The translations under genes and the position numbers were made by a program. A DNA stretch of 45,822 nt from an uncultured bacterium. Its GTDB lineage: Bacteria > Bipolaricaulota > Bipolaricaulia > UBA7950 > UBA9294. Under the pieces are notes generated by a model. It made no database searches, was not told where the DNA came from, and saw only the letters and a list, made by a program, of their open reading frames with translations. Shown here in pieces: positions 9,793 to 17,629 of this stretch. Numbering within the stretch: position 1 is the first letter of the stretch; each line of letters begins with the position of its first letter. The stretch spans positions 1 to 45,822 of the forward strand of contig CAIMCX010000039.1 in the NCBI GenBank assembly GCA_903839615.1, read 5' to 3'.

Positions 9793-9900
9793 CCACCTCC
9801 ATTGTAGGTCGAGGGCGAGGACGAGACAACATGCGGACAGGGAACTTGGCCCGACCGCGTCGCGCCTCTAGAATGGCGCGGCGGCTTCGGAGGTGCGGGC

Positions 9901-10488
9901 ATGAAGAATGCGGCGATCTTGGTTGCGATGTGGGTCGGCATCATCCTCTTCGCGTATGCAGTCGCGTACTTGCACGGCGGGGGTCTGACCCGCGTGACGC
10001 TGGCGGGCGACACGGAGATCGCCGACGATGTCGCCGGGTTCTCGCTTCCGTTGCCCGTGGGGTGGGCGACTCAGCCTGTTGATGGAGCCACAGCCATCAA
10101 CGCGCCGGTGTTCGGGATCGAAGCGTGGGCGCTCAGCGTTCCCGCGACGACCGTTGAGGCCGCCCTTGCCGCCGCAGGGGACATCCTCGATCCGTGCTCG
10201 TCGTGCCAAAGGCCCGCAATTCTCGAGGCCACCCCGCTCACCGACGGGCGGAATGGCGCGTCTGTGACGCTTCGCGCAGATGCGGAGGGCAGGACCGGAA
10301 GAGCCGTCGTTCTCCTTGATGCGGAGACGGCCCGCGTGCTGCTCGTTCGCCTGGCGCCTGAGGCAGCTTTGCCCCAGCGCGTGAGCAATGACCTCGCCCG
10401 GATCGAGGCGGGGTTCCATCTCCTCGAGATTGTCGAACCCGCCGCGAGCGCCGTGCCCCCTGTCCCTTCGACGGTCAGGTCGATGTGA
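9901..10488 (+). CDS. Hypothetical membrane-anchored protein
   Basis: ATG preceded by GGAGGTG. N-terminal TM helix (AILVAMWVGIILFAYAVAYL). No recognisable family. Confidence 0.5.
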   Translation: MKNAAILVAMWVGIILFAYAVAYLHGGGLTRVTLAGDTEIADDVAGFSLPLPVGWATQPVDGATAINAPVFGIEAWALSVPATTVEAALAAAGDILDPCSSCQRPAILEATPLTDGRNGASVTLRADAEGRTGRAVVLLDAETARVLLVRLAPEAALPQRVSNDLARIEAGFHLLEIVEPAASAVPPVPSTVRSM

Positions 10489-11809
10489 TCGAGATTCCGT
10501 CCACGCGGACGTGGGCGAGACGAAACCCATAGATCTGCTGCGTTTCGCGTGAGACATCGAGAATCGCTTCGAGTGCGGCAAACACGTTCCCGGCGATGAG
10601 TGTTCCCGTGACGGGACCCGCCCGCCGACCCGAGCGGAGGAGCTGAGCCGCCTTCGCAACGCCGGAGAAGTCGCCGGATACGGGATCGACGTTGCCCGAA
10701 AACCGGCCCACGAGGATCCCGCACTTCGTGTCGGCGATGAGCTCATCGAGCGTCGCGTCGCCCGGCGTGATGGCGAGATTTGTCGGCCCGATCATCGGCA
10801 GCGAGGCTGCGGATCCCGCTGCATGCCTTGTGTTGGGGATGCCGAAGGCGGAGCTTGAGTACGCGTTGTGCAGGAACGACTGAAGTCGTCCGTGCGCGAC
10901 GAGTGACAGCGAGGCGTGAGGCACGCCCTCCCGATCGAACGACGAGCTCGCAACCCCGCTCGCGATCGTTCCATCGTCCGTGATCGAGAGGCCGCGGGAA
11001 GCGATCGGGGTCCCAAGTCGATCGCTCCAACGTGAAAGGCCCCGGAGGACGTTGCGAGCGTTCACTTGGAAAAGAAGCGGAGCGACCAAGACGTCGAGCA
11101 CGGCGCTCGGCGACAAGATGACGATCCCCTGGAACGACTCCCCTGCCGAGCAACCGAGCGAATCAAGCGCATTCCGGCAGGCGAGATCCACGGCGGGCAC
11201 GATGTCGATGTCACGCGCCCAGTGGGTCGCTCCTGCCTGGAAGTCCATGCTCGAGACGCGGTCTCCTTCCCTGGCCGTGACGAGGATGTGGTGTGCAAAG
11301 AACGTCGACGCTTCGGATGCGGCCACGCCGAGCGTGTTGGCGACAGCTCGGGTCATGCGAACAGCGGAGAATGCTCCGTCGCCGACAACGATCCTCCGAT
11401 CTATGGCCCCGGCGACGCGGAGCATTTCCAGAGCGCGGTCCACCACATGGCGAGGCGTGAACGCGTGGGCTTCTTCGTCGAACAGGCCTTCTACTGCTAC
11501 GTGTGCTGCCGGTTCGGGAAAGCGGTTGTGCGGGTCGCCCGGCGCGGCCTTGGCGAGTGCAAGCGCGTCGCGACACACGTCCCCGAGATCTCGCACGTCG
11601 TTGGTGCTGGCGAAGCCGAGTCGATCGCCGACGAGAGTGCGGACCCCATAGGATAGCTCGCGGCTCGAACGGGCGAGCTGCAGGTCGTGCTTCTCGATCG
11701 AAGCGGAGGTCTCTTCGGAATCCTGAGCGAAGACCTCCGCTGCGGTGGCGCCCATCTGGGTCGCCATCGCACAGCCGTCGCGGCACGTCTCGAGGAGCCG
11801 ATCGTTCAC
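10475..11809 (-). CDS. pmbA: TldE/PmbA-family metalloprotease subunit
   Basis: PmbA/TldD-fold sequence (GVRTLVGDRLGFASTN..., C-terminal GxxxG-rich region). Start set at GTG 11809, which overlaps the tldD stop (GTGA). This gives about 444 aa, the typical PmbA length. Confidence 0.8.
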   Translation of the reverse strand: MNDRLLETCRDGCAMATQMGATAAEVFAQDSEETSASIEKHDLQLARSSRELSYGVRTLVGDRLGFASTNDVRDLGDVCRDALALAKAAPGDPHNRFPEPAAHVAVEGLFDEEAHAFTPRHVVDRALEMLRVAGAIDRRIVVGDGAFSAVRMTRAVANTLGVAASEASTFFAHHILVTAREGDRVSSMDFQAGATHWARDIDIVPAVDLACRNALDSLGCSAGESFQGIVILSPSAVLDVLVAPLLFQVNARNVLRGLSRWSDRLGTPIASRGLSITDDGTIASGVASSSFDREGVPHASLSLVAHGRLQSFLHNAYSSSAFGIPNTRHAAGSAASLPMIGPTNLAITPGDATLDELIADTKCGILVGRFSGNVDPVSGDFSGVAKAAQLLRSGRRAGPVTGTLIAGNVFAALEAILDVSRETQQIYGFRLAHVRVDGISITST

Positions 11810-13221
11810 AGTTGCCGCCCGCCGAGCGTAAGCCGGCAACGAATGTGAGGGCCGCCGGCGTCCACCTTCGCTGGCTGCCCCTTGCCGCAGATGCCGGCTC
11901 CGTTTTCCCAAGAGAAGTCGTCGCCGACCGCGTCGACCGACAGAAGGACGTCGAAGGCGTTGCCGGAGATCGTGACTCCGCGGACCATGCTGCCTACCCT
12001 GCCCCGCTTGATGCGGAACGCCTCACGAACTCCGAACATGAATTCCGCGTTCGAGTCCGCCTGGCCGCTCATTGCGAAGCCGCGGAGATAGTAGCCATCG
12101 TCAATCCCTTCGAAGAGGTCTGCGACGGGCGTTTCGCCCGGCTCGATGTAGGTGTTCGTCATGCGGATGATAGGCTCGTCGGAGTACTGGTAGGCGCGGG
12201 CATTCCCCGTCGGGGTCACTCCGTAGTGCGCTGCGCTCTCACGGTTGTGGAGGTACGAGCGAAGGATGCCTCGCTCGACGAGCACGGTCCGCCCCGCCTC
12301 GACTCCCTCGTCATCGACTGGCAGCAGACCCACAGCGTGTCCTCCGCGCAACGGCAGCCCCGAGTCGCAGAGCGTGACGAGTTCGGACGCAACGCGATGA
12401 CCGATCTTGTCCGCCGTGACCGCGCCGCCGAGCACGATGTCCGCCTCGACGGTGTGGCCGATCGCTTCGTGGCACAGCGTGCCGACCAAGTCAGGGTCGA
12501 GGACCACGGTGGCGAGGCCGCCGGCCGTATGGGGAGCCGCGAGTTGAGCTATTGCGATGCGCACGGCCTCCACAACGAGCTCGTCCGGGTGCCGCCGGGC
12601 GTGGAGTTCGGCCCATCCGCCCGTCACGCCAACCGTTTGGAGACCCACGAACTGCTCCCCGGCCGACCCGGCGACAGCGAGGACGCGGAGGCTTGGCTTG
12701 GAATCGAGCACTCGCACGACGGTTCCCTCACTTGTTGCGACAATCCGTTCGTCGATGGTCTCGGCGTAGATCACAGAAGATGACACGATCTTGGGCGAGG
12801 CACGGCGGACTTGCTCGTCGAGGCGCGAGACGAGGGCGATCTTCTCCTCGAGTGGATGGGCGTCGAGACGGTCGACCGTATCGACGGGGAACGTCCCTCG
12901 AACGGGCCTCGCCGGCGCCAGCTTGACGGGGTGGCTCTTTCCCTCCCGTGTTGCAGCGGCAAGCATCTGAGCTGACGCCAAGGCCTGCCGCAGCCCCTTC
13001 TCCGAGAGATCGGTTGTGCTGGAGAACCCCAGAGCGCCGCCCGAGAGTGCGCGGACTCCAATGCCTCTCGTGCGGCCGCTCGAGCACTGCTCGAAATGCC
13101 CGTTGCGCGAGGAAAGGAGGAGCGACCGCCGTTCCTGATATCGCGCCTCGATCCAGCCTCCTGCGACGCGCACGACGTCCTCGAGCAGCTTCTCCACGAC
13201 CCTCCCTTGTGCCTGCGCCAA
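11806..13221 (-). CDS. tldD: TldD-family zinc metalloprotease
   Basis: GIGVRALSGGALGFSST and the HEAIGHTVEAD (HExxxH) motif. 471 aa. Paired with pmbA. Confidence 0.9.
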   Translation of the reverse strand: MAQAQGRVVEKLLEDVVRVAGGWIEARYQERRSLLLSSRNGHFEQCSSGRTRGIGVRALSGGALGFSSTTDLSEKGLRQALASAQMLAAATREGKSHPVKLAPARPVRGTFPVDTVDRLDAHPLEEKIALVSRLDEQVRRASPKIVSSSVIYAETIDERIVATSEGTVVRVLDSKPSLRVLAVAGSAGEQFVGLQTVGVTGGWAELHARRHPDELVVEAVRIAIAQLAAPHTAGGLATVVLDPDLVGTLCHEAIGHTVEADIVLGGAVTADKIGHRVASELVTLCDSGLPLRGGHAVGLLPVDDEGVEAGRTVLVERGILRSYLHNRESAAHYGVTPTGNARAYQYSDEPIIRMTNTYIEPGETPVADLFEGIDDGYYLRGFAMSGQADSNAEFMFGVREAFRIKRGRVGSMVRGVTISGNAFDVLLSVDAVGDDFSWENGAGICGKGQPAKVDAGGPHIRCRLTLGGRQL

Positions 13222-13330
13222 GCTGAGCGTGCGGGAGACGGCCGACGCTCGCGGGAAGAATAGCCTCTCACGGCGGAGCGCGAAAGGCTATCCTCTGTCT
13301 GTCTCCTCTCCGGGAGACGGAGGAGCCGCG

Positions 13331-14125
13331 ATGCCAAGGAACGATGTTCACGAACTGATGATGCGACGCGCATCCGTGCGCGAGTTCGCCGACAAGATCC
13401 CGTCGAACGATGTGGTCGAGTCCGTCGTGCGTGTGGCGCGGCAAGCCCCGTTTGCGGCACAAATGGGAAGCCTTGTCCTGCGACGAGATCGGGAGAGGAA
13501 TCCATTCCGTGCGCCGCTTCTCTTCACCGTATGCGCCGACGTGCACCGACTCGAACTCGTGCTTGCCCGGCGTGGCTGGAAGCGCGTCACGAGCGATGCA
13601 GCGATTCTCCTGTTCGCGATCCAGGACGCGGCGTACATGGCGGAGAATCTTGTAGTGGCTGGAGACGCGGTCGGGCTCGGAAGCTGCTACCTTGGTGGAG
13701 CCGCGTTTGCCGCAGACGAGATCGCCAAGGAGTACGCCCTGCCGGAGCACGTGTTCCCATTTGTCCAGCTTGCGATGGGCTACCCTGTCGCTGCTCCAAC
13801 TCCGCGCCCACGCTATCCGATGTCCTTCACTCTGCACGAGGACCACTATCGGGAGCCGAGCGAAGAGGACGTGGCCGCCGCGATGGCCGCGATGGACGAA
13901 GGGTACCTCGCGGAGGACTACTATCGCGACTACGTCATCCCGCTCGAACGCGGCCGGGCCGAGACGTTCACACGGCGGTCCTATTCGTGGACGGAGCACA
14001 TGGGGCGAAAATGGGGGCAGTGGCTGGCGAATCCAGAGGATCTTCTCCGTCCGCTGCGCGCCTGCGGGTTCGACCTGAACGGTGGACCCGCGGCGGGCGG
14101 AGAGGCCGAATCAAGGCCTGCTTGA
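13331..14125 (+). CDS. Nitroreductase-family (NfsA-like) FMN oxidoreductase
   Basis: RRASVREFADKIPSNDVVESVVRVARQAP and the AIQDAAYMAENLVVAG..GLGSCYLGG pattern. Start at ATG 13331 behind GGAGGAG. Confidence 0.8.
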   Translation: MPRNDVHELMMRRASVREFADKIPSNDVVESVVRVARQAPFAAQMGSLVLRRDRERNPFRAPLLFTVCADVHRLELVLARRGWKRVTSDAAILLFAIQDAAYMAENLVVAGDAVGLGSCYLGGAAFAADEIAKEYALPEHVFPFVQLAMGYPVAAPTPRPRYPMSFTLHEDHYREPSEEDVAAAMAAMDEGYLAEDYYRDYVIPLERGRAETFTRRSYSWTEHMGRKWGQWLANPEDLLRPLRACGFDLNGGPAAGGEAESRPA

Positions 14126-14151
14126 CAGAAGTCGAGATGCGTACGTATATT
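14122..14151 (+). promoter_or_regulatory. Sigma-70-type promoter for the tRNA-Met / RNase H-like / dtd unit
   Basis: -35 TTGACA (14122-14127, overlapping the nitroreductase stop codon), 18-nt spacer, -10 TATATT (14146-14151). The tRNA 5' end lies 14 nt downstream. Confidence 0.6.
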
Positions 14152-14164
14152 CCGTGAGCGAGGC

Positions 14165-14236
14165 GGGTCCATAGCTCAGAGGCAGAGCAGCCGGCTCATA
14201 ACCGGTAGGTCCCAGGTTCGAAACCTGGTGGACCCA
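14165..14236 (+). tRNA. tRNA with CAU anticodon, elongator Met-type; Ile2/lysidine type cannot be excluded
   Basis: Hand-folded cloverleaf. Acceptor GGGTCCA/TGGACCC (7 bp, G1-C72 paired, so not an initiator). D arm GCTC..GAGC. Anticodon stem GCCGG/CCGGT with loop CTCATAA. T arm CCAGG-TTCGAAA-CCTGG. Discriminator A. CCA is not encoded. Confidence 0.9.
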
Positions 14237-14240
14237 CAAG

Positions 14241-14762
14241 ATGGATAAGCTCTTCGTGTACGTTGACGGCGGAGCGCGCTCGGAGCCCGGAGAAGCGGGA
14301 ATCGGTGTGGCGGTCACAGACGCGAACGGCGTCGTCGTCGACGAAATCTCGGAATTGATCGGGCGCTCGACGACGGAAGTCGCGGAGTATCGAGCACTGA
14401 TTGAAGGAGCGCGCCGAGCTCTCGCCTACAAGCCCCAATCCGTTGTGTTCTTTACCGACAACCAGCGCCTCGCGAATCACATCAATGGGGTATTCGAAAC
14501 GCGCGAGCCGCACATCAAGCACCTCGTCGAGCGCGCGATCGCTCTTCTCAATCAGTTCCCGCAGTGGCGCGTGAACTACGTTGACCAGCGCGCGCACCAT
14601 CGCGCTCCGCAGCTGGTCGAGCAAGCGTTTCACCGCAACATCCATGCCCAGATGACGCGGGAGCGGCTCGAGCTCGTGCTGCTGTCGCGCGCGGCTCTGC
14701 TGAGCGAAGACGGGATGCAGAAGCTGCTCGACTACGCAGAGCGTCTCCAGGAGGCGGAGTAG
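14241..14762 (+). CDS. RNase H-like (type 1 / RVT_3-like) domain protein with a 45-aa helical C-terminal tail
   Basis: FVYVDGGARSEPGEAGIG (Asp1), EVAEYRALI (Glu) and FFTDNQRL (Asp3) fit the RNase HI DEDD layout. The usual N..AD.LA block reads H..AP.LV. Confidence 0.7.
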   Translation: MDKLFVYVDGGARSEPGEAGIGVAVTDANGVVVDEISELIGRSTTEVAEYRALIEGARRALAYKPQSVVFFTDNQRLANHINGVFETREPHIKHLVERAIALLNQFPQWRVNYVDQRAHHRAPQLVEQAFHRNIHAQMTRERLELVLLSRAALLSEDGMQKLLDYAERLQEAE

Positions 14763-14766
14763 CGGC

Positions 14767-15225
14767 GTGCGCATCGTCCTGCAGCGCGTCGAGCGCGCCG
14801 GCGTGCGCGTCGGCGACCAAGTTGTCGGATCCATCGGAGCGGGGCTGCTCCTCTTGGTCGGGATCGGCTTCGGAGACGGACTCCTTGACATGGCGGGCGC
14901 GGCCCGCAAGGTGCTCGATCTGCGCGTGTTCGAGGACGTGGCAGGGAAGATGAACCTGTCGCTGCGGGAGCTTGGCCTCGACGTGCTTGCGGTGCCACAG
15001 TTCACGCTCTACGGAGACGCCCGCAAGGGCCACCGCCCGAGCTACGCCGAGGCTGCCCCTCCGGGCGTCGCGGAGCCCTTGTTCGACGCGTTCGTCGCGG
15101 CGCTGCGCGGCGAAGGAGCCCCCGTGGCCGTGGGACGCTTCGGCGCGCACATGTCGGTTGATTTGGTCAACGACGGCCCGGTCACGCTGGTGCTCGATCT
15201 TGCGCCGCCCGATCGCGACGGATAG
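14767..15225 (+). CDS. dtd: D-aminoacyl-tRNA deacylase
   Basis: GTG start. RIVLQRV..A.V....GSIG.GLLLLVGI, PQFTLYGD and NDGPVTLVLD are typical Dtd blocks. Confidence 0.9.
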   Translation: MRIVLQRVERAGVRVGDQVVGSIGAGLLLLVGIGFGDGLLDMAGAARKVLDLRVFEDVAGKMNLSLRELGLDVLAVPQFTLYGDARKGHRPSYAEAAPPGVAEPLFDAFVAALRGEGAPVAVGRFGAHMSVDLVNDGPVTLVLDLAPPDRDG

Positions 15226-15268
15226 ACTTCGACTTCCATAGCCCCCGTATCTCCATTCAGGAGGAGAG

Positions 15269-15460
15269 ATGGCAGTACCGAAATACCGAACCTCACGATC
15301 CAAGGTGCGCATGCGGCGGAATCACTGGCGGAAGATGGACCCGGTGCCGTCGACGGAATGCGCCCATTGCCATGAGCCGAAGCTCCCGCACCGAGCCTGC
15401 CCACACTGCGGGTTCTACAACGGAATGGAGATCGTGGCACAGAAGACGGCAGCCGAATAG
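15269..15460 (+). CDS. rpmF: 50S ribosomal protein L32
   Basis: MAVPKYRTSRSKVRMRR...C..C......H..C..CG is the L32 signature with a zinc ribbon. Confidence 0.95.
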   Translation: MAVPKYRTSRSKVRMRRNHWRKMDPVPSTECAHCHEPKLPHRACPHCGFYNGMEIVAQKTAAE

Positions 15461-15476
15461 CAGGCGGGTGCCGTCG

Positions 15477-15506
15477 AGCGGGGGCGTCGCTCCCGCTTCT
15501 TCTTTG
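15477..15506 (+). terminator. Putative rho-independent terminator after rpmF
   Basis: GC-rich hairpin AGCGGGGG-CGTCG-CTCCCGCT followed by TCTTCTTTGG. Confidence 0.5.
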
Positions 15507-15529
15507 GTCTCGTTCTTGATGCCGTTGCG

Positions 15530-15558
15530 TTGACTTGACCTCGGTCCGCGTACAGAAT
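15530..15558 (+). promoter_or_regulatory. Candidate promoter upstream of ftsZ
   Basis: TTGACT (15530-15535), 17-nt spacer, CAGAAT (15553-15558). The implied transcription start is only a few nt before ATG 15570, giving a near-leaderless mRNA. Confidence 0.35.
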
Positions 15559-15569
15559 GGCGTTATGGG

Positions 15570-16928
15570 ATGAGCGCCATGGCTGGGGCACGATCCGATG
15601 GGGCGAGCGAGGGCTCTCTGAGAGAGCATTGGCGCGCGATTCGCGATGGGATCGAGGATCGCGTGCTACGTGCTTGCCTTCCCCTGGACGTCCGCGCCGT
15701 GTCGGATGACGGCGCGCGGTTCTATATCTCCGTGGACAGCGACTTCAAGAGGGAGTACTGCCAGCGGAAGGCGGACAAGTTGCGAGAGGCCGTGGTGCGG
15801 GTCGTCGGAACGCGGGAGGTCATTATCGGGGAACCTCCGCTGATCGAGCAGGCCAAGGGGGGCGACACGGTGGATCGAGGCGCAAACGCCCGCATCGTGG
15901 TCCTCGGCGTGGGAGACGGGGGCGTGAATGCCGTCGCTCGCATGCGCGAGGAGCACCTGGCCGGCGTGCGCCTCGTGGCGGTGGACACCGATCGGCAGGT
16001 GCTGCAGGCAACGGCCATGCTTGAGCAATTGCAGCTTGGCGTGGACATCACGGCCGGGCGTGGAACGGGAGGCAACCTCGAAAAGGCAAAGCGAGCGGCG
16101 CTCGAGTCGCGTTGGGAGATCGCCAACCTCTTGCGCGACGCGGATCTTGTCTTCGTGACGGCCGGCCTGGGGGGCGGGACAGGCACGGAAGCCGCGCCCA
16201 TCATCGCCGGCGTGGCGCGAGAGCAAGGCGCTTTGACGATCGGCGTTGTGACGCGCCCCTTCTCGTTCGAAGGGGCGACGAGGATGGCGAACGCCGAGAG
16301 AGGGCTTGCCGAACTGCGTGCTGCTGCCGACGTCCTGATCGTGGTCTCGAACGACCGTCTGCTGCAGACGGCGGCGAAAGGGATGCCGATGACCAAGGCG
16401 TTCGAGCTCGCGGATGGGATCCTCCATCAGGGCGTGCGCGGCATCTCGGATCTCATCACCGTGCGAGGACTTATCAACCTTGACTTCGCCGACATCCGGA
16501 ACCTGCTTGCGAACGCGGGGGAGGCCATGATGGGGATGGGGCGCGCCGCGGGGCCGGCGCGCGCCATCAATGCCGCCAAAGCCGCGAGCACGAATCCTCT
16601 GCTCGAGGGCGATTCCATCCGCGGGGCGCGAAAGCTCATCATGAATGTCACGGGGGGAGAGGACCTGACGTTGGGCGAGGTGACGCAGGCTGCAGATCAC
16701 GTGAGGCGGGCGGCGGGGACGGAATGCGATCTCATCTTCGGTGCTGTCGTTCGTCCCGACACGGATCGAGACGTCGAGATCACGATCATCGCCGCCAGTT
16801 TCCAGGCGGAAGACTCCGTCGTGAGGGAAGAGAAGCGGCACGTGCGGCGCGAACGGGTGCGTCGCGATGCGGACCTCGATGTGCCGACTTTCCTGCGGCG
16901 CGAGCGTGAGGACGAAGACACGGGCTAG
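15570..16928 (+). CDS. ftsZ: Cell division GTPase FtsZ with a roughly 100-aa N-terminal extension
   Basis: IVVLGVGDGGVNAV, VDTDRQVL, AGLGGGTGTEAAPIIA, VTRPFSFEG, NDRLL, GLINLDFADI and the C-terminal peptide DLDVPTFLRRE. An alternative in-frame GTG at 15870 (behind AAGGGGGG) would give a canonical-length FtsZ. Confidence 0.9.
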   Translation: MSAMAGARSDGASEGSLREHWRAIRDGIEDRVLRACLPLDVRAVSDDGARFYISVDSDFKREYCQRKADKLREAVVRVVGTREVIIGEPPLIEQAKGGDTVDRGANARIVVLGVGDGGVNAVARMREEHLAGVRLVAVDTDRQVLQATAMLEQLQLGVDITAGRGTGGNLEKAKRAALESRWEIANLLRDADLVFVTAGLGGGTGTEAAPIIAGVAREQGALTIGVVTRPFSFEGATRMANAERGLAELRAAADVLIVVSNDRLLQTAAKGMPMTKAFELADGILHQGVRGISDLITVRGLINLDFADIRNLLANAGEAMMGMGRAAGPARAINAAKAASTNPLLEGDSIRGARKLIMNVTGGEDLTLGEVTQAADHVRRAAGTECDLIFGAVVRPDTDRDVEITIIAASFQAEDSVVREEKRHVRRERVRRDADLDVPTFLRREREDEDTG

Positions 16929-16939
16929 GGGGAGACGGA

Positions 16940-17629
16940 TTGGAGCGGGCTCAGATCGTCTTGTGTCACTCGCGACCGCAGGATGCGTTACTCGTGGGGC
17001 TGAGCGAGGATGGGCATCACATCGTGGCGCTGATGTGCGACGAAGACGCGCGCGAGCGAATGGCGACGCTGCGACCCGACCTTGTCCTGCTCGAGCTTGC
17101 GATTCGCGGACCGCACCGCGGAGGATGGGCTCTGCTCGAGTGGCTCGGCGAGCACGCGGGCTCGCCGGGAATCGTCGTGCTGACCCCCCTCGGCCGCGTT
17201 GGCGATCGAGTCCGTGCGCTTGACCTCGGCGCCGACGATGTGATCCAGGAGCCATTTGAGCCGGACGAAGTGCGGGCGCGGGTCCGATCCGTATTGCGGC
17301 GATTGCGTCCGGAAACCCAGCGTCCCCGCCTTGTGATCGACGACGAGCGCAAGGAGGTCTGGATTGGCGAGCGCCGCGTCACCTTGTCGCCGAAGGAATA
17401 CTCCCTCCTCTCGCTCCTTGCCTCGGCGCCGGGGCGGGTGTTCTCTACCCAGGAGATTCTCGATTCCCTTTGGACGGAACCGTCGCGCGTCGCAGGGCAC
17501 CTCTCCTATGCGACGGGGCAGGATGCGCAGAAGTACGTCTACCTCCTGAGGAAGAAGATCGAGACAGATGCGGCCAAGCCGGACATCATTCTGACTGTCC
17601 GCGGTTTCGGCTACCGTCTCGCGATCTAG
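16940..17629 (+). CDS. OmpR/PhoB-family winged-helix regulator with a degenerate (pseudo-)receiver domain
   Basis: TTG start behind GGGGGAG. The C-terminal part has LSPKEYSLLSLLA...VFSTQEIL...VYLLRKKIE...TVRGFGYRL. The receiver-like N-terminal part lacks the acidic pair and has E in place of the phospho-Asp (DLVLLELA) and E in place of the conserved Lys (IQEPF). Confidence 0.85.
   Translation: MERAQIVLCHSRPQDALLVGLSEDGHHIVALMCDEDARERMATLRPDLVLLELAIRGPHRGGWALLEWLGEHAGSPGIVVLTPLGRVGDRVRALDLGADDVIQEPFEPDEVRARVRSVLRRLRPETQRPRLVIDDERKEVWIGERRVTLSPKEYSLLSLLASAPGRVFSTQEILDSLWTEPSRVAGHLSYATGQDAQKYVYLLRKKIETDAAKPDIILTVRGFGYRLAI

Noticed and set aside
10475-14125. tldD/pmbA plus a divergent nitroreductase as a microcin B17-like/TOMM maturation set.
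   Set aside because: There is no precursor peptide, cyclodehydratase (YcaO/McbB-like) or exporter. The nitroreductase looks NfsA-like rather than SagB/McbC-like. tldD-pmbA pairs are common housekeeping genes.
14126-14300. The tRNA gene as an integration hotspot (integrase, attachment-site repeat, genomic island).
   Set aside because: There is no integrase or recombinase and no direct repeat of the tRNA 3' end within the window. The flanking genes are core housekeeping genes.
15666-17255. 529-aa ORF on the minus strand, the largest 'extra' ORF in the track. Similar long shadow ORFs include 459-1694(-), 1788-2858(-), 4602-5861(-), 7958-8818(-), 9868-10746(-), 11503-12783(+), 17470-18447(+), 25995-27062(+), 27649-28956(+), 28958-30133(-), 32281-33336(-) and 42599-43510(-).
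   Set aside because: Each lies antisense to, or out of frame with, a gene that has unmistakable family motifs (ftsZ, GH13, kor, tldD, serS and so on). Their translations are Arg/Pro/Ala/Gly-rich low-information sequence with no recognisable motifs. This is the expected stop-codon-poor shadow of GC-rich coding DNA.
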